From: Octopus vulgaris
Lineage: Eukaryota
Length of the DNA stretch: 64,000 bases
Assembly: GCA_951406725.2 (NCBI GenBank)
Contig: OX597816.1
Span: forward strand, 72,478,001-72,542,000
Direction of reading: 5' to 3'
The notes beneath the pieces were generated by a model. The model was not told the origin of the DNA and made no database searches. It worked only from the letters and a program-made list of their open reading frames with translations. Positions 15,035-29,279 of this stretch are shown here, piece by piece. The translations under genes and the position numbers were made by a program. The stretch's first letter is position 1, and each line of letters starts with the position of its first letter.

Positions 15035-15915
15035 ATTCCCTCACTCCCCTTCTCTCTCCCCCTCTCCCTCTTTCCTCCTTTCCCCCCTCCTCCCCTTCCT
15101 CCTCCCCCTCCTCTCTCTCACCCATCCTCTCCTATTCCCCCCACCTCCCCCTCTTCTTCCCCTCTTCTTCTCTCCCCCCTCTCTCCCCCTCCCCCTCTTA
15201 TCCTCACTACACCACACGACTTTACACATCACATCATATATGATGTGCCATACTAATACATACACCAACTAATACATACTAATACGTACTAATACATACT
15301 AATACATACTAATACATACACCAACCCTATACATACACACGTCCAGACCCCTCATACGCACTTATACTCTCTCATACACACACACACACACTTATACATA
15401 CTAATACGTACTAATACATACTAATACATACTAATACATACACCAACCCCATACATACGCACGTCCAGACCAATCCTACGCACTAATACTCTCTCATACA
15501 CACACACACACACACACATTATACATACTAATACATACACCAACCCTATACATACACACGTCCAGACCCCTCCTACGCACTATTAGCTGGTCCTTCAACC
15601 CTATTATCAACCCTATTATCAACCCTATTATCAACCCTATTATCTCCCCTTATTTCGCTCTCGCGTCTCATGTTTGATCTTTGACCTCTGGCCGAAATCA
15701 GATCGCCATGTTGATTCGTTAGCTACTGCACGCATTCTTTTTCTCTCCTTCTTTCTGTGTTTTTTTTCTCTCTATGTATCTTTCTGTTGAAGAGCGTAGG
15801 CTCGAAACGTTAAAGACTTGTTTTATATATATTTCCTGAGCGCCATACTAATACAATTGTTCGTTTGTTTTCCACCTGCCTTCGTCTTTTGTCTATTTTC
15901 ATAAAGCTTCCCGTT
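15035..15915 (+). mobile_element. Second, shorter copy of the 7464 PLE family within (TA)n
   Basis: Near-identical to ~7762-8604 (taatacatac repeats, ggccgaaatcagatcgcc, cataaagcttcccgtta terminus). Flanked by (TA)n. Confidence 0.85.
15779..15816 (+). ncRNA. Identical hammerhead-like motif in the second copy
   Basis: Same 38-nt sequence as 8468-8505. Confidence 0.65.
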
Positions 15916-15916
15916 A

Positions 15917-16094
<178 letters not shown>

Positions 16095-16320
16095 GTATAA
16101 GAAGGAATTCCAACGACGTTTCGTGGTTCGCTACGTCAAAAGCTCCTTTATAGGATCCAGTGGCTAAGGACATCATCAGGAAGAACCAAATCCGATTTCG
16201 GCCCCCACTTCTCAACTGCTTTCGATGTGGCATCCCCTCCCCCCACTTTCGGACGAGTCTTCAGCTCTGGTGTTGAGTCCGGTTTTTTTCTTTTATCTTT
16301 GGCCTTTTGCTCTTTAGTTT
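16095..16320 (-). repeat. Dispersed repeat (PLE-tail-like) adjoining (TA)n; homolog at 53635-53830
   Basis: Shared agctcctttataggatccag..gacatcatcagga and gtcttcagctctggtgttg. Confidence 0.6.
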
Positions 16321-16445
16321 CTTACACACACACACACATATATATATATATACACATATATATGCATATATATATATATGCATATATATATATACATATA
16401 CACATACATACATATACATACATACATACATATATCATGTATACA

Positions 16446-16483
<38 letters not shown>

Positions 16484-16892
16484 GGTATGTAGGTAGGTAA
16501 CTAGACTTCCTTACGATACCTGGTCATGTTTGCTTATGTGCTTAGTAAAAGCATTGTCAGAATTCATGAACGTCGTACCAGTTATGTATTCGGGTCTATA
16601 GAATGGACAATTTAACGTTTTCCGAAAAATGTGTGGCACTGCGTCACTGGTAGAAATTGTTAGATACGTTTATGAGTGCATGGGTGGGTGTGAATGAGAG
16701 AGAAAGAGAGGAGGATGGAAGGAAGGAGGGAGGGAAAGAGAGAGAGAGAGACAGACAGAAAGAGAAGGGCGAGTGGGGAGAGAGGGAGAGACAGGGAGAG
16801 AAACTCAGTAAAATGTTTTGCTGTATTGGTTGGGTGGATTATGTATTCAAAAGAATCTATACATTTCAAAATCACATTTCTGCTCTAAATAG

Positions 16893-17560
<668 letters not shown>

Positions 17561-18659
17561 TCCTGAAAATAATGGTACTTATGGGAAGGATTTTTACAGA
17601 AATTCAGCCGATATGTTAACGTTGATAGGAGGAAAATGAATTTTCAAACTGTCAACAAGGCGCGAACATGAAATTCTTTGTTATTCTGTATTTTTCAGAT
17701 CTTTTCTTAGTCTGTCGGGATGAATGTATTTCTTTCTCTTCTGAATTTGTCCTTTATCATACAAATTTCCGCCCATTTTTATTTTATTTTATTATTTTTA
17801 CCATCAATATACATATATATATATATATACATACAGACATGTGCATGCACACGCACACACACATAATCTCATACAAATACACACACACATATATATGTTG
17901 TATATTGATGTATCGTCTGCTTTCAGTGATTTCAGCAGACGGTTTTTGAAAAACAAAAAAACAAAAACGAAAAAATGTAGAGAGAAGAAAAATAAAACCG
18001 TCCATGAATTGATTTATACATTTTGCTGTAGATATTCTTTCAGTTGCTGCCTATTTCATTAATGTCTTGTTATTAATATATCGTTTTTTTTTCTTTCTTA
18101 TTTTATCTTATTTTATTTTATTTTCCCTTCTTTAAATCTCAACTCTAGCTTTATAGATTTCTGAATTGAATATAAGCATAACATGGCGATAGGTTCATAG
18201 AAGAGAGAAAGAAGAAGAGGGGCGGAGAGTGAAAGAAAGAGAGAGAGAGAGAGAGAGAGTGGGCGGGAGGAAGAGTGAGAGAGTTTTCTGGCAACGCTGT
18301 ATATCTATAATATGTTACATATATTTCAAGCATTCCTTTAGTACTATTATACACGTAATTCACATATGCAGAAGCATTTGTCTATTTATGTGTGTCTCAC
18401 CCATCGTATGTTCTATACTAAGCAATTCCATTTTATGGCTTAGCTAGGTAGGAGAGTGTGTTGTGTAAGCCCCGGTAAGGGGACGAAGGTGGTATGCAAT
18501 GAGCTAGATAAAAGGAGCATGGGTTCGTTATATTAGCGATATTAGAGACATAAAGAGGAGACAGTGCGTCTTCTGGTTGAAAAGATTTAGTATATGTTGG
18601 AGAGAAGGTTTTGGTTTTGTCAATGAGACGGATGGCTTTCTTTTGGGTATAGCCTTTGT

Positions 18660-18950
18660 CAGTAGTTCTCAACCGGGGTCCATATGTCCATTGGGGGCCC
18701 CATATAAGATACCTTTCTTAAATTATTTTTTCCAATAAATTTGCTATACTTCTACAATACACAAAATATATTAATAATTATTTTTATATAGTTACTAATA
18801 ATATTTTATCATAGGCGTAGGAGTGGTTCCGGGTTCAATCCCACTGCATCCCACTGCACCTTGGGCAAGTGTGTGTCTTCTACTATAGCCTCGGGCCAAC
18901 CAAAGCCTTGTGAGTGGATTTGGTGAGACAGAAACTGAAAGAAGCTCGTC

Positions 18951-19036
<86 letters not shown>

Positions 19037-19341
19037 ATATGTTTGTGTGTTTGTGATTGTCCCCGCAACATCGTTTGACAACCGATGCTGGTGTGTTTAC
19101 GTCCCCGCAACTGAGCGGTTCGGCAAAAGAGACCGATAGAATAAGTCCTGTGGGTCGATTTGCTCGACTAAAGGCGGTGCTCCAGCATGGCCACAGTAAA
19201 ATGACTGAGACAAGTAAAAGAAAGTAAAGAGAGTATAAGAATAGAACAGGATTTTTTAAGCATCGAATGACCAGGAGGGCACATCCAGGTATAATAGGAA
19301 TGAAAGGGATCCATAGATGAAAAAATGGTTGAGAAACACTG
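18660..19341. mobile_element. hAT-like MITE containing a family-A SINE (18812-19232)
   Basis: TIR cagtagttctcaacc / ggttgagaaacactg. Confidence 0.7.
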
Positions 19342-20345
19342 ACTCTAGGATGTTTGTGGTTATCTGTAGCAATGCTTTGTGAAGGTGCGTAGCCTTGTGA
19401 TTAGGTTATCGGAATCACGGTTGTAAGTTAGAGGGTTCGATTCCCACATCGGCAACGCGTGGTGTCTTAAGGCAATGGTTTTTCTTTCACGCCGCCCCTG
19501 TCCACTCAGCTGAAAATAAAATGTATCTGCTGAGGAATAGAACCTTAATGACTATTAGCTCCAAAACCTGCAAAATACTAACGATCCTTGACCTGGCTTT
19601 CTATCGGTTGCAACGACAAGGGCTCTAGTTGACCCAGTCAACAGAACAATCAACAGTTGATCCAATCAATAGAGCGTGCAAGTGGCTGAGTACCCCACAG
19701 ACACACGTACCCATTATGTAGTTCTCAGGGAGATTCTGCGTGACGCAGGATGTAACAATGCTGACCTTTCTGAACTACAGCAACTACTCATTTTTGCTAT
19801 AATGACTATAGATCACTGGATGGTGAGCCACGGTATCGCCCTAGATGTGGGAATAGTTCTCCATTGTTGGTCTTGTTTGAAATTTGTTGAGAACCAACAA
19901 GTGATCGGAACCGAAAAGGTTTGCTTTCCTGGCGGTAAAGAAGCAGTTTTATATGTTGTGTATGTAAGTACAAAAGAAAATGTCATCAGAGATTGTTAGG
20001 TCAAGCACTAGTAGAGAAGTCAGTTCTTTGGAGGTGTGTTCCCTACATTGGTACCGGAATGACTGTGTGGTTAGGAACATTTTCCCACCACCTGGTTTCA
20101 GGTTCAGTCTCAGTGTGCGGCACTGTTATCCTCGAGCCGACAAAAACTTTGTGAGTTAATTTGATATACGGGCATTGTGTGGAAACCTGTTGTGTGTGTC
20201 TCTCTATATATATATACATACACACAAGTAAAAGATAAAAAAGTACAATATTCTTTTCTACTCGAGGTTCAAATATTACCTCTTCAGAGCATCTCCGGAA
20301 GTATATGAATGGCCATTACGCATACACACTACTCGCACAACTGCA

Positions 20346-20381
<36 letters not shown>

Positions 20382-20512
20382 ACTTCGCATTTATAAACAC
20401 ACCCACATACACATACCTTCGCAGTTATAAGCATACACACACGCTCGTGACCCAAGAGATGCGCTATCTTAGAAGAGACTTGCTCAAGGCTCCACACATA
20501 TACACACGCGTA

Positions 20513-20554
<42 letters not shown>

Positions 20555-21553
20555 GACCCACCCAGACCCACTCACCAAGAGACGCGCTATCATACAAAAT
20601 ATTTGGCCAAGGAACCACACATTGCGATCGAACTGGAAGCTTCATATTCGTTAAGCCATCCTGTTAACCACACAACACATTGCTTGTGCTCTTGTAACTA
20701 AATTTTACACCATAAGCGACCAGTTAATACACAATCTATAACACAATGTGCAGTACATTGATTGCTTATTAAAGTTTTCTTTCCGTTACTTTCATGGGTA
20801 ACTTCTGTAATTCACACAGAATGTACTAATGCTACACATGTCACGATATATCTAGGCAAAGTATTTACCACACAAACATACCCCGAAGCCATATCGATAA
20901 TATCGACGCATTTCTTTGAATGAATCATCCTTTTACATTCATCGTAATGTTAAGACGACGTATTGGCATAAGATGTTCGCTAATAAAGGAAGAATGAGCC
21001 GCCATTTTCATAATTTCTAGTCACTGCGCTCACCTGACATTTCTCTCGGTGGTCTTTTGTTGCCGAGTCAAGATAAAATGTGAAGAATACAATAGCGAGA
21101 AGCCAATGTAATCGCAAAATCTTAAATCTATTTAGCTGTTATTACTAGCACAATAATATTTATTACAGGGCATCATTAATTCATTTAGTTGGACGTACAT
21201 TGTGTAAAAGCAGCTTGTTAGGACTTGGAGTTTAAATGGCGTTCGCAGTGAAAGAGATTTATGCATCGCAGTGTTTGTTAATTAAAATAGCATCGCCTTC
21301 TTTTAATTCGCTCACTCGTTCGTTAATTTATTCTTCACTGTCTTTCACTCTACATTTATGTCCTCCTTTCATTGTCACTAGGGATATTTTCAGAAACGGG
21401 AACACATACACATATACACACACACATCAGTATGTGCGCGCAAACACACGCTCGCACACATACACCTACGCGAACATGTACACACTCCAACACGCACACA
21501 TATACACATATTGCTAAAACTTCGGGCGTGTGCGTACGTGTGTGTGTATGTGA

Positions 21554-21600
<47 letters not shown>

Positions 21601-22214
21601 GTATTGTTTACCGCGAGAGCAGTGCATAACTGTGTGTATCCGAGCGTGTGTGTATGTGTGTGTGAGAGTGTGTGCGTGTGTGTGTGTGTGTTTGTGTGTG
21701 CGTGAGTGTTTGTGTGTATATATATATACATACTATTGTTTACCGCGAGGGCAGAGCATAACTGTGTGCGTTTGAGAGAGCGCGTGTGTGTATGTGTGTG
21801 TGAATGTGTGTGTATATATGCGTCTGAGAGTGTGAGTGTGTGGTGCGTGTGTGTGTGTGCGCGCGCGCGCGCGTGTGTGCATTGATGGGTACAGGACATC
21901 ACCAACTGTGTAAACAACATGAAATACGTAGACAAACGAGTTAAATACGTAAACAACGAGAGAGAAAAATTGAAGACAGGACAAGTAAACACAGAGAAAC
22001 AAGCCTTCATCAGTTGTCGGTTGTCTAACTACTCCTCATTTCGAGCATTCAAACGACAATATAAGTCTCTTCAAAGACAGCTGCTCCCATAAATTCTAAA
22101 ATAAAATTTAGGATTTATGGGGTGAGGGGGACAAAAACAGGACAGTGGAGACATGCAAAGAAACCGAACGAAAACAAACATGGAGGGTAGCCAATACTAC
22201 GCACGCGTATATAT

Positions 22215-22280
<66 letters not shown>

Positions 22281-22392
22281 AATGTAGGATAAAATTCTTT
22301 CGAAAAAAATCTTATCAATGGCCAGCATATTAAAAAATACCTTTAAAGGTTAAATTATAAACAACTTATAAATAAATCTTATAAATCTTATA

Positions 22393-22607
22393 AATCTCTC
22401 GACTATCGCGGACGTTACGTTCGAAAAGTCCCCGCAATAGGCGAAAATCCGCAAAGTAGAAGCAGTACTGTATTGTATATTCTTTTTATTATTTTTATAT
22501 GTATATATTTATTTTATTATAAATGCAAAACCACACCACGGAGGAAACAACGGAGCCTTAAATAATAAACCGCGATAAGTGAACCGCGATATAGCGGTGG
22601 ATTACTC
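22393..22607. mobile_element. Second copy of the pogo/Tigger-like MITE
   Basis: Collinear with 14679-14898 (gaaaatccgcaaagtagaagca, aataataaaccgcgat..gtgaaccg). Confidence 0.65.
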
Positions 22608-22671
<64 letters not shown>

Positions 22672-22762
22672 GTTTATCTTTTACTTATTTCAGGCATTAG
22701 ACTGTGGCCATGCTGGGGCACTGCCATGAAGAATTTTTAGTCGAATGAATCCACCCCAGTAC

Positions 22763-22818
<56 letters not shown>

Positions 22819-23507
22819 GTAAACATTGGGACTTATTCTATCGGGTTCTATAGCCGAACCACTAGGTTTCGGGGATGTAACTACACAAACATTAGTTGCC
22901 AAGCTGTGGTGTGGAGGAAACACAGACCATAAGACACGCCCACGCACATAGATATACTTATATATATATATATATACAACGAGCTATATTCAGTTCCCAT
23001 CTACCAAATCCACTCACAAGTGTTTGGTTGGCCTGAGACTATTGTAGAAAACACCTACCAAAGGTGCCATGCTGTGGTATTGAACCCGGAATCTTGTGGT
23101 TAGGACTCAAGCTTCTTAGCACACCGTCATATCTGCACGTTAGCATTTGAGAATTAAGCCAAACGTCTTTAATTGAACTCAAGATTCTCGAAACACTGCG
23201 CATGACAGATCGATATCAAATGAATTTTCTCTTTTCTTATGTTAAAATTGAAACAGAGTTTAGCGTTAAATTTTTCTTTTCTTAAATAATTTTCAAGATT
23301 TGTGACTTTGATAGAATATATCCATGGAGATTGACTTTAATTTAAATGTTATTAATAATTCTCAACATAACACGTAGGCTTGCCTCAAACAAGGAAATAA
23401 ATGGTGCTGCAGCACAATGTTTCGTTCTTTGTGTTTTTAGATGTTATGGAAGGTAGTTTAAGGAAGATTTGACTGCTATTTCTAGCAGATTGAGACAGCA
23501 CGTGAAG

Positions 23508-24135
23508 CAGTGATTTTCAACCAATTTTATTTTTCTATGGAACCCTTTGATTACTATTTTACTCGTATGGAGCCTCCTAGCCATTCGGTGTTTTAAAAAA
23601 TCGTATTGTATTTTGATGATTAATTATTATTAATACTCTTTTACTCTTTTACTTGTTTCAGTCATTTGACTGCGGCCATGATGGAGCACCGCCTTTAGTC
23701 GAGCAAATCGACCCCAGGAATTATTCTTTGTAAGCCTAGTACTTATTCTATCGGTCTCTTTTGCCGAACCGCTAGGTTACGGGGACGTAAACACAACACC
23801 ATCGGTTGTCAAGCGATGTTGGGGGGACAAACACAGACACACAAACATATACACACTCATACATATATATATATACATATATATGACGGGTTTATTTCAG
23901 TTTCCGTCTACCAAATCCAGGCTTTGGTCGGCCCGAGGCTACAGTAGAAGACATTTACCCAAGATGCCACGCAGTGGGACTGAACCCAAAACCATGTGGT
24001 TGGTAAGCAAGCTACTTACCACACAGCCACTCCTGCGCCTGATATTAAAAATGTGTTAATATATTTGGTGTATTGTACAAATATAACCAATTTATTGCCC
24101 CTAAATCTTATATGAACCCGGATTGAGAACCACTA
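23508..24135. mobile_element. hAT-like MITE containing a family-A SINE
   Basis: TIR cagtgattttcaacc / gattgagaaccacta. Interior homologous to the 18660 copy in reverse. Confidence 0.62.
23636..24040 (-). mobile_element. Full-length tRNA-derived SINE family A with internal (TA)/(TG) microsatellite
   Basis: Head tggctgtgtggtaag (A box)...gggttcagtcc (B box), cttgggtaa core, internal microsatellite, tail actgaaacaagtaaaagag. More than 15 full or partial copies in the window (e.g. 7087, 9729, 12645, 18812, 22672, 32115, 34900, 41020, 44913, 47776, 48961, 50158, 52215, 60360). Confidence 0.9.
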
Positions 24136-24345
24136 TATAAAGGTTTGCGCATGCTGATCTGGAAATCAGAACAGACGATAGGTTGTCAAATGGAGGCTTA
24201 ATTATTATATTCTTGAAAAATGAATGCGATTTTTGCCATCAACATGCAAAAACTACATAGGAACTACATTTTTCGAAAATAATCTAGTGAAGATTTGAAA
24301 AACTTGAAGAGGTTTGAACAGTGCTGATGCAATATTTTCCGCCTT

Positions 24346-24967
24346 TTAAGGCGGCGAGCTGGCAGAAACGTTAGCGCGCCGGGAGAAATGCTGAGCGATA
24401 TTTCGTCTGTCTTTATGTTGTTCTGAGTTCAAATTCCGCCGAGGTCAACTTTGCCTTTCATCCTTTCGGGGTCGATAAAATAAGTACCAGGTACGCTCTG
24501 GACTCGATATAATCGACTTAATCCCTTTGTCTGTCCTTGTTTGTCCTCTCTATGTGTAGCCCCTAGTGGGCTGTAAAGAAATAAGAAACATTAGCGCGCT
24601 GGGCGAAATGCATAGCAGTATTTTGTCTGCCGCTACGTTCTGAGTTCAAATTCCGCCGAGGTCGACTTTGCCTTTCATCCTTTCGGGGTCGATTAAATAA
24701 GTACCAGTTACGCACTGGGGTCGATATAATCGACTTAATCCCTTCGTCTGTCCTAGTTTGTCCCCTCTGTGTTTAGCCCCTTGTGGGTAGTAAAGAAATA
24801 GGTATTATTTTGTCTTTATGTTGTTCTGAGTTCAAATTCCGCCGAGGTCAACTTTGCCTTTAATCCATTCAGGGTCGATAAATTAAGTACCAGTTGCGTA
24901 CTGGAGTCGATCTAATCGCCTGGCCTCTTCCCCCCAAATTTCGAGCCTTGTGCCTAGAGTAGAAAGG
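24346..24967 (+). mobile_element. Tandem trimer of tRNA-derived SINE family B (Meta-domain-like core)
   Basis: Three repeats of gttctgagttcaaattccgccgaggtc..gcctttcatcctttcggggtcgat..aagtaccag. 15-bp TSD aatattttccgcctt at 24331-24345 and 24968-24982. Other copies at ~3715, 12860(-), 40615(-), 51380(-), 53985, 54368. Confidence 0.88.
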
Positions 24968-25022
24968 AATATTTTCCGCCTTGTACAACTGCTGAAGCGC
25001 TTACGTCGTCGTTTAGACAGAC

Positions 25023-25144
25023 AGACAGACAGATAGATAGATAGCTACAAATGAGATAAGAATGAGAGAGGGATCAAATGAATTAGTGAGGGAGTAGGCG
25101 GGGTTATGTTACTCTCTTTCGTGTTCCATATTACTGTCACTCTA
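25023..25144. repeat. Dispersed unclassified repeat; homolog at 49921-50022
   Basis: gctacaaatgagataa..gagagagggatcaaatgaattagtga is shared by both. Confidence 0.6.
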
Positions 25145-25748
25145 TCATTTCTAGTACTAACATCGAATAACAACATAACGACATTATAACATGGAACGAG
25201 AGGCTGTTCATAGAAGCCACCGTTTTTTTTTTTTTTTTTTTTCATTGAGCCAGAAATTAAGATGAAATTAAATGACAATTGCATACAATTATGTTATGAT
25301 TCTTGACACCATTATTGTTTTTGACGTTCATTAAAGAGAAAGACAGGACTGAAAACAACAACAACAACAACAACCAAAACGGAAAGCAAGTAAAACGAAA
25401 AAAAAAAAAAAGAAGAGGCATAAAAGAACGAAAGGAAGGGAGATAATAAAGCGACTGACAATTGCTGTGTGTCTCACACGTGCCTGTCCCTCAACGTTAT
25501 CATTTCAGAGATTTTTTTTTCATTCTCTTTCTTTTCTCTTTCCATTCTTTCTTTTCCTTCATATCACCTACCCACTTTTTTCTTTTTATTACAGCCCTTA
25601 TCCGGCTGCATTTCTTTTTATTCATTTTCCTTCTCTCTCACTATTTTGTTTTTCTCCCCTTTTTTTCCCCCTTCCCACTTTCTCACCTCTTCCCTTCCTC
25701 TCCAACCCACCTGCACTCCCCCCGACTCATTATACCGCTGTTCCTTAG

Positions 25749-25885
25749 ATGACAAGTTTATGTATGCCAGCCAGCTAATCAGCCTGCTTGATGTCAAGAG
25801 ACATACGACCAGGCGAAGTGACAATTGCAAAGTGATCTATGCACCCCAGAAGTACTACTTATCCACGGCGTTGCCATTGTTTTAA
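25749..25885 (+). other. Possible host coding exon (unidentified)
   Basis: Unique, balanced-composition island after a long pyrimidine tract and ttccttag acceptor. Reads (D)DKFMYASQLISLLDVKRHTTRRSDNCKVIYAPQKYYLSTALPLF*. No homology recognised. Confidence 0.2.
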
Positions 25886-26067
25886 CCCGACAGTTGACAG
25901 TTGTCGTGTTTTCTGCGCACGCGCCCTGTCTCTTTAGACACAGACGTTGACAGCGACAACCTTTCTCTCTCCTCCTTTCCCTCACTCTCCCTGTACCTTT
26001 CTCTCCCTCTTCTTCTTTCTCAAATACGTTTTCTTGTTCGTTCTTTTTTTCTCTCCTTCTTTCTGTA

Positions 26068-26109
<42 letters not shown>

Positions 26110-27302
26110 TCTCACTGTCTGCCTCTCTTACACTTTGAATATGTGCCTTTCTCGCTCTTTTTCCTCAAGTACATTTTCTCGTTCGTTATTTTTCTTTCCT
26201 TCCCCATCTCTCTCGTTTACTTCTCCGTGTCCTGCACTTTATAAAACTTTCTCTCCGTTTTCTTTCTCAGATACGTTTTCTCCTTCGTTCTTTTTCTCTC
26301 CTCTCTCTTTCTTTCTCTCTTATTCTCCTTGTTCCAGATTCACACTCTCAACTATTTTTCTGCCACCAACACTCGTTCATTCATTCACACATTCATTATC
26401 CAATAATTCATTAAATCATTTTTCTTTCATCCATTTACACACTCTCGTTCGCGCACTCCCACTTATTTGTTTATTCCTCTACACAGTCATTCCATTGCGA
26501 ACTCACTCACTCACTCACTCATTCATACTCTTTCTCTTTCCTTCCCTTCCTTAAACTCTGTTATTCATTCTCAACTTCATTCACTCCCTCTCTCTTACCT
26601 TCCTCTCTTACTCATTCACTCCCTACCTTCATCAGTCTTCAAACCTCACCATCATTGCCTTTTTTCATTCCTTCATCATTTATCTCCTCCCTTCAACGAA
26701 ATTCTTTCTTTCTCATCACTCATTCATTCACTTACTCTTTCTTTCTCTGTCCCTCTTTCCCTCCCTAAATACTAACTCATCCATTATCGCCATCATTCAC
26801 TCCCTTCCTCCCCATCTCTCTCTAACTCCTTAAAAATCCACCCCCGCATCCTCTCTCTTTTCATCCTTTTCAATGACACAAACCCTAATCGCTTTGATGT
26901 TAGCGATACAAGACATGGCGACAAGATGACAAGATGACAGGGTGACGAGGTGACAAACCAACTGAGTTTATATGGTGACAAAATGACACGATGCCCGACT
27001 AGATTTCTTGTTATATACAATAATACAATTAACCTCTACCATATACATACTGTAATCATATTTCCCTGACAAATGAAGAGATAACATCTCCATTTGAACG
27101 ATAACAAATGAGCTACGATTTCCACCACTGTCATCCATTAAAGATGTCGTTTTTGGACTGTTCTGGATTGGACTGTGCTGCCGCTGTTGTGGCAGCAACG
27201 CCACCTACATGAGAAATTTTCTCTGCGCATCAGATCAGAATAAAGCACTGGCACTAAAACAAGCACGATCGTCACTGCCGCTATCACCCCCTGCCCCCAC
27301 GC

Positions 27303-27336
<34 letters not shown>

Positions 27337-27391
27337 GTCATCGTCGTCGTCGTCGTCTTTATCATCGTCATCATCTTCGTCGTCAACGTCG

Positions 27392-27428
<37 letters not shown>

Positions 27429-28671
27429 ATTCTTTTTCTTCATCACAAGCAGCGGTAGTAGCAGCAGCAACAACAGTAGCAGTAGCAAAGCATCCTCATC
27501 ATCATCATGATCAGCAGCAGCAGCAGTGGCAACAGCAGCGGCCGTGGCAGTAGCAACAGCAGAGGCAGTAGGCGTAGCAGTACCCCTATCCCATCATCAT
27601 TATCATGATCATCACCACCACCATATTTTTAGCACCCCCATCACCACCACAACCATCATCACATTACCCATCACCATCAGCACCAGCACCACCGCTACCA
27701 CCACCGCAACCATCATCGTCAAAGAAGGAACTTTTACGTGGTTTTATTACCTACAGGAAATAGCAGTCAAATTTAACTCAAATCGTACCCTGAATAAATA
27801 AGGAAAATATTAATTAGTCAATGTCATCTTAGAGAAACGCTCTGGCTGAGAACAGGTTGGGATAGGTCATGATCGGTACACTTTTGATCATAGTTCTACA
27901 CAGTCAACTTGACCCGAAAATACGCGAACAACGGACAATGAACAACGAATAACTAGAACGGTAGCACAACTACGAGGTGGCAGGGCTATTACGTAGTTTT
28001 GGAAGTTGCTAAAATAGCAGCCAAATCTCCATCTACGTGGTGGTCGTGGTTGGATGAACGTTTGTTCATAATTCAGATTAATCACCACTGAATGTTCTTA
28101 AAGAACATTATCATTTCACCTGAAGTTCAATAGCAATGGATCAACGCATCTGGTCGGTGCAGGAGTGTAGTATTGTAATGTCCCTTCTGTTCGCTGAATG
28201 CTGAGGGGCGTCCTACAACGCATAATGCTAGATATAACACCAAACGCTCCACCTTCGCTTAATTTAGGTCTGTCAAGAGCTTAAGGACTCATAAGTCTCG
28301 AGCATAACCTGCGCTCTCTGACGAATAAAGTAACTGAGGTTATAACACTCACTCTGGACGGGACGGCGGTCTATCGCAGAGTTAACTTTCCAGATGTTGC
28401 TGAGATTCATTGAGAGGACTGGAGCAGCGTATAATAAAGTATTTTGCTCAAGAACAATGCTCTATCTTGTCCAGGAATCGAAACCACAATTTTACGTTGG
28501 TGAGTACAACACCTAACAAGTAGCTCACATGCCTTCCCTCCCACCCTGTTTAATCGATTCATGATAAATCCCCTTTGTGTGACCCAATCATCTTCTCCAA
28601 TATATGCTGGTTGTGGCAAGAGTTGAGCTCAGTACTATTAACTATCGAACAGTGCAGTGAATTTGTTACTA

Positions 28672-29234
28672 CGAGGGTGAGTCAAAGAGTAATGCCATTT
28701 TGTTTAGGACAGGTATAATTACCAACACAGGAATATGCATCATACATCAAAATGAAGCTGGTTCTCTATGGATCACATCCCTACTCCTCAACACAGTCAC
28801 CGTTTCTCTCAATAGCAATGTTCCACCTTCGAATGAGAGCATGTATCCCTGCCCCGTAAAATTCTGTTGACTGTTCTTTGAGCCACTTCTTCACTATAGT
28901 TTTCACTTCCTCATCACTGGACTATCATCGTCACTGAACTATCATCTCTTCGGCCTCATGAAAGAGGGTTTGAGAGGCAAACATTATTCCAGTGACGAGG
29001 AAGTGAAAACTGTAGTGAAGCAGCTCAAAGAACAGTCAACAGAGTTTTACGGAGCAGGGATACATGCTCTCATTTGAAGGTGGAATATTGCTATTGAGAG
29101 AAACAGTGACTATGTTGAGGAGTAGAGAAGTGATCCACAGGAGACCAGCTTCATTTTGATGTATGATACATGTTCCTGTGGTGGTAATTGTACCTGTCCA
29201 AAACAAAATGGCATTACTTTTTGACTCACCCTCG
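28672..29234. mobile_element. Mariner-derived fold-back MITE with ~250-bp inverted arms, TA TSD
   Basis: ta|cgagggtgagtcaaa...tttgactcaccctcg|ta. Arms 28672-28921 and 28988-29234. 28937-29125 translates YHLFGLMKEGLRGKHYSSDEEVK...FYGAGIHALI*RWNIAIERNSDYVEE* (mariner transposase C-terminus). Confidence 0.92.
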
Positions 29235-29279
29235 TATATTACGGAACTTACAGCTAGGTTTACTGGACTCTATGAAAGA

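Noticed and set aside
16100-16185. Type I hammerhead on the minus strand (CTGATGA...GAAACGTC)
   Set aside because: No stem I can be formed here or in the homolog at 53650; kept only as part of the weak permuted-core observation.
24346-24967. CRISPR-like regularly spaced repeats
   Set aside because: Units are ~200-bp SINE monomers without unique spacers; eukaryotic context and no cas genes.
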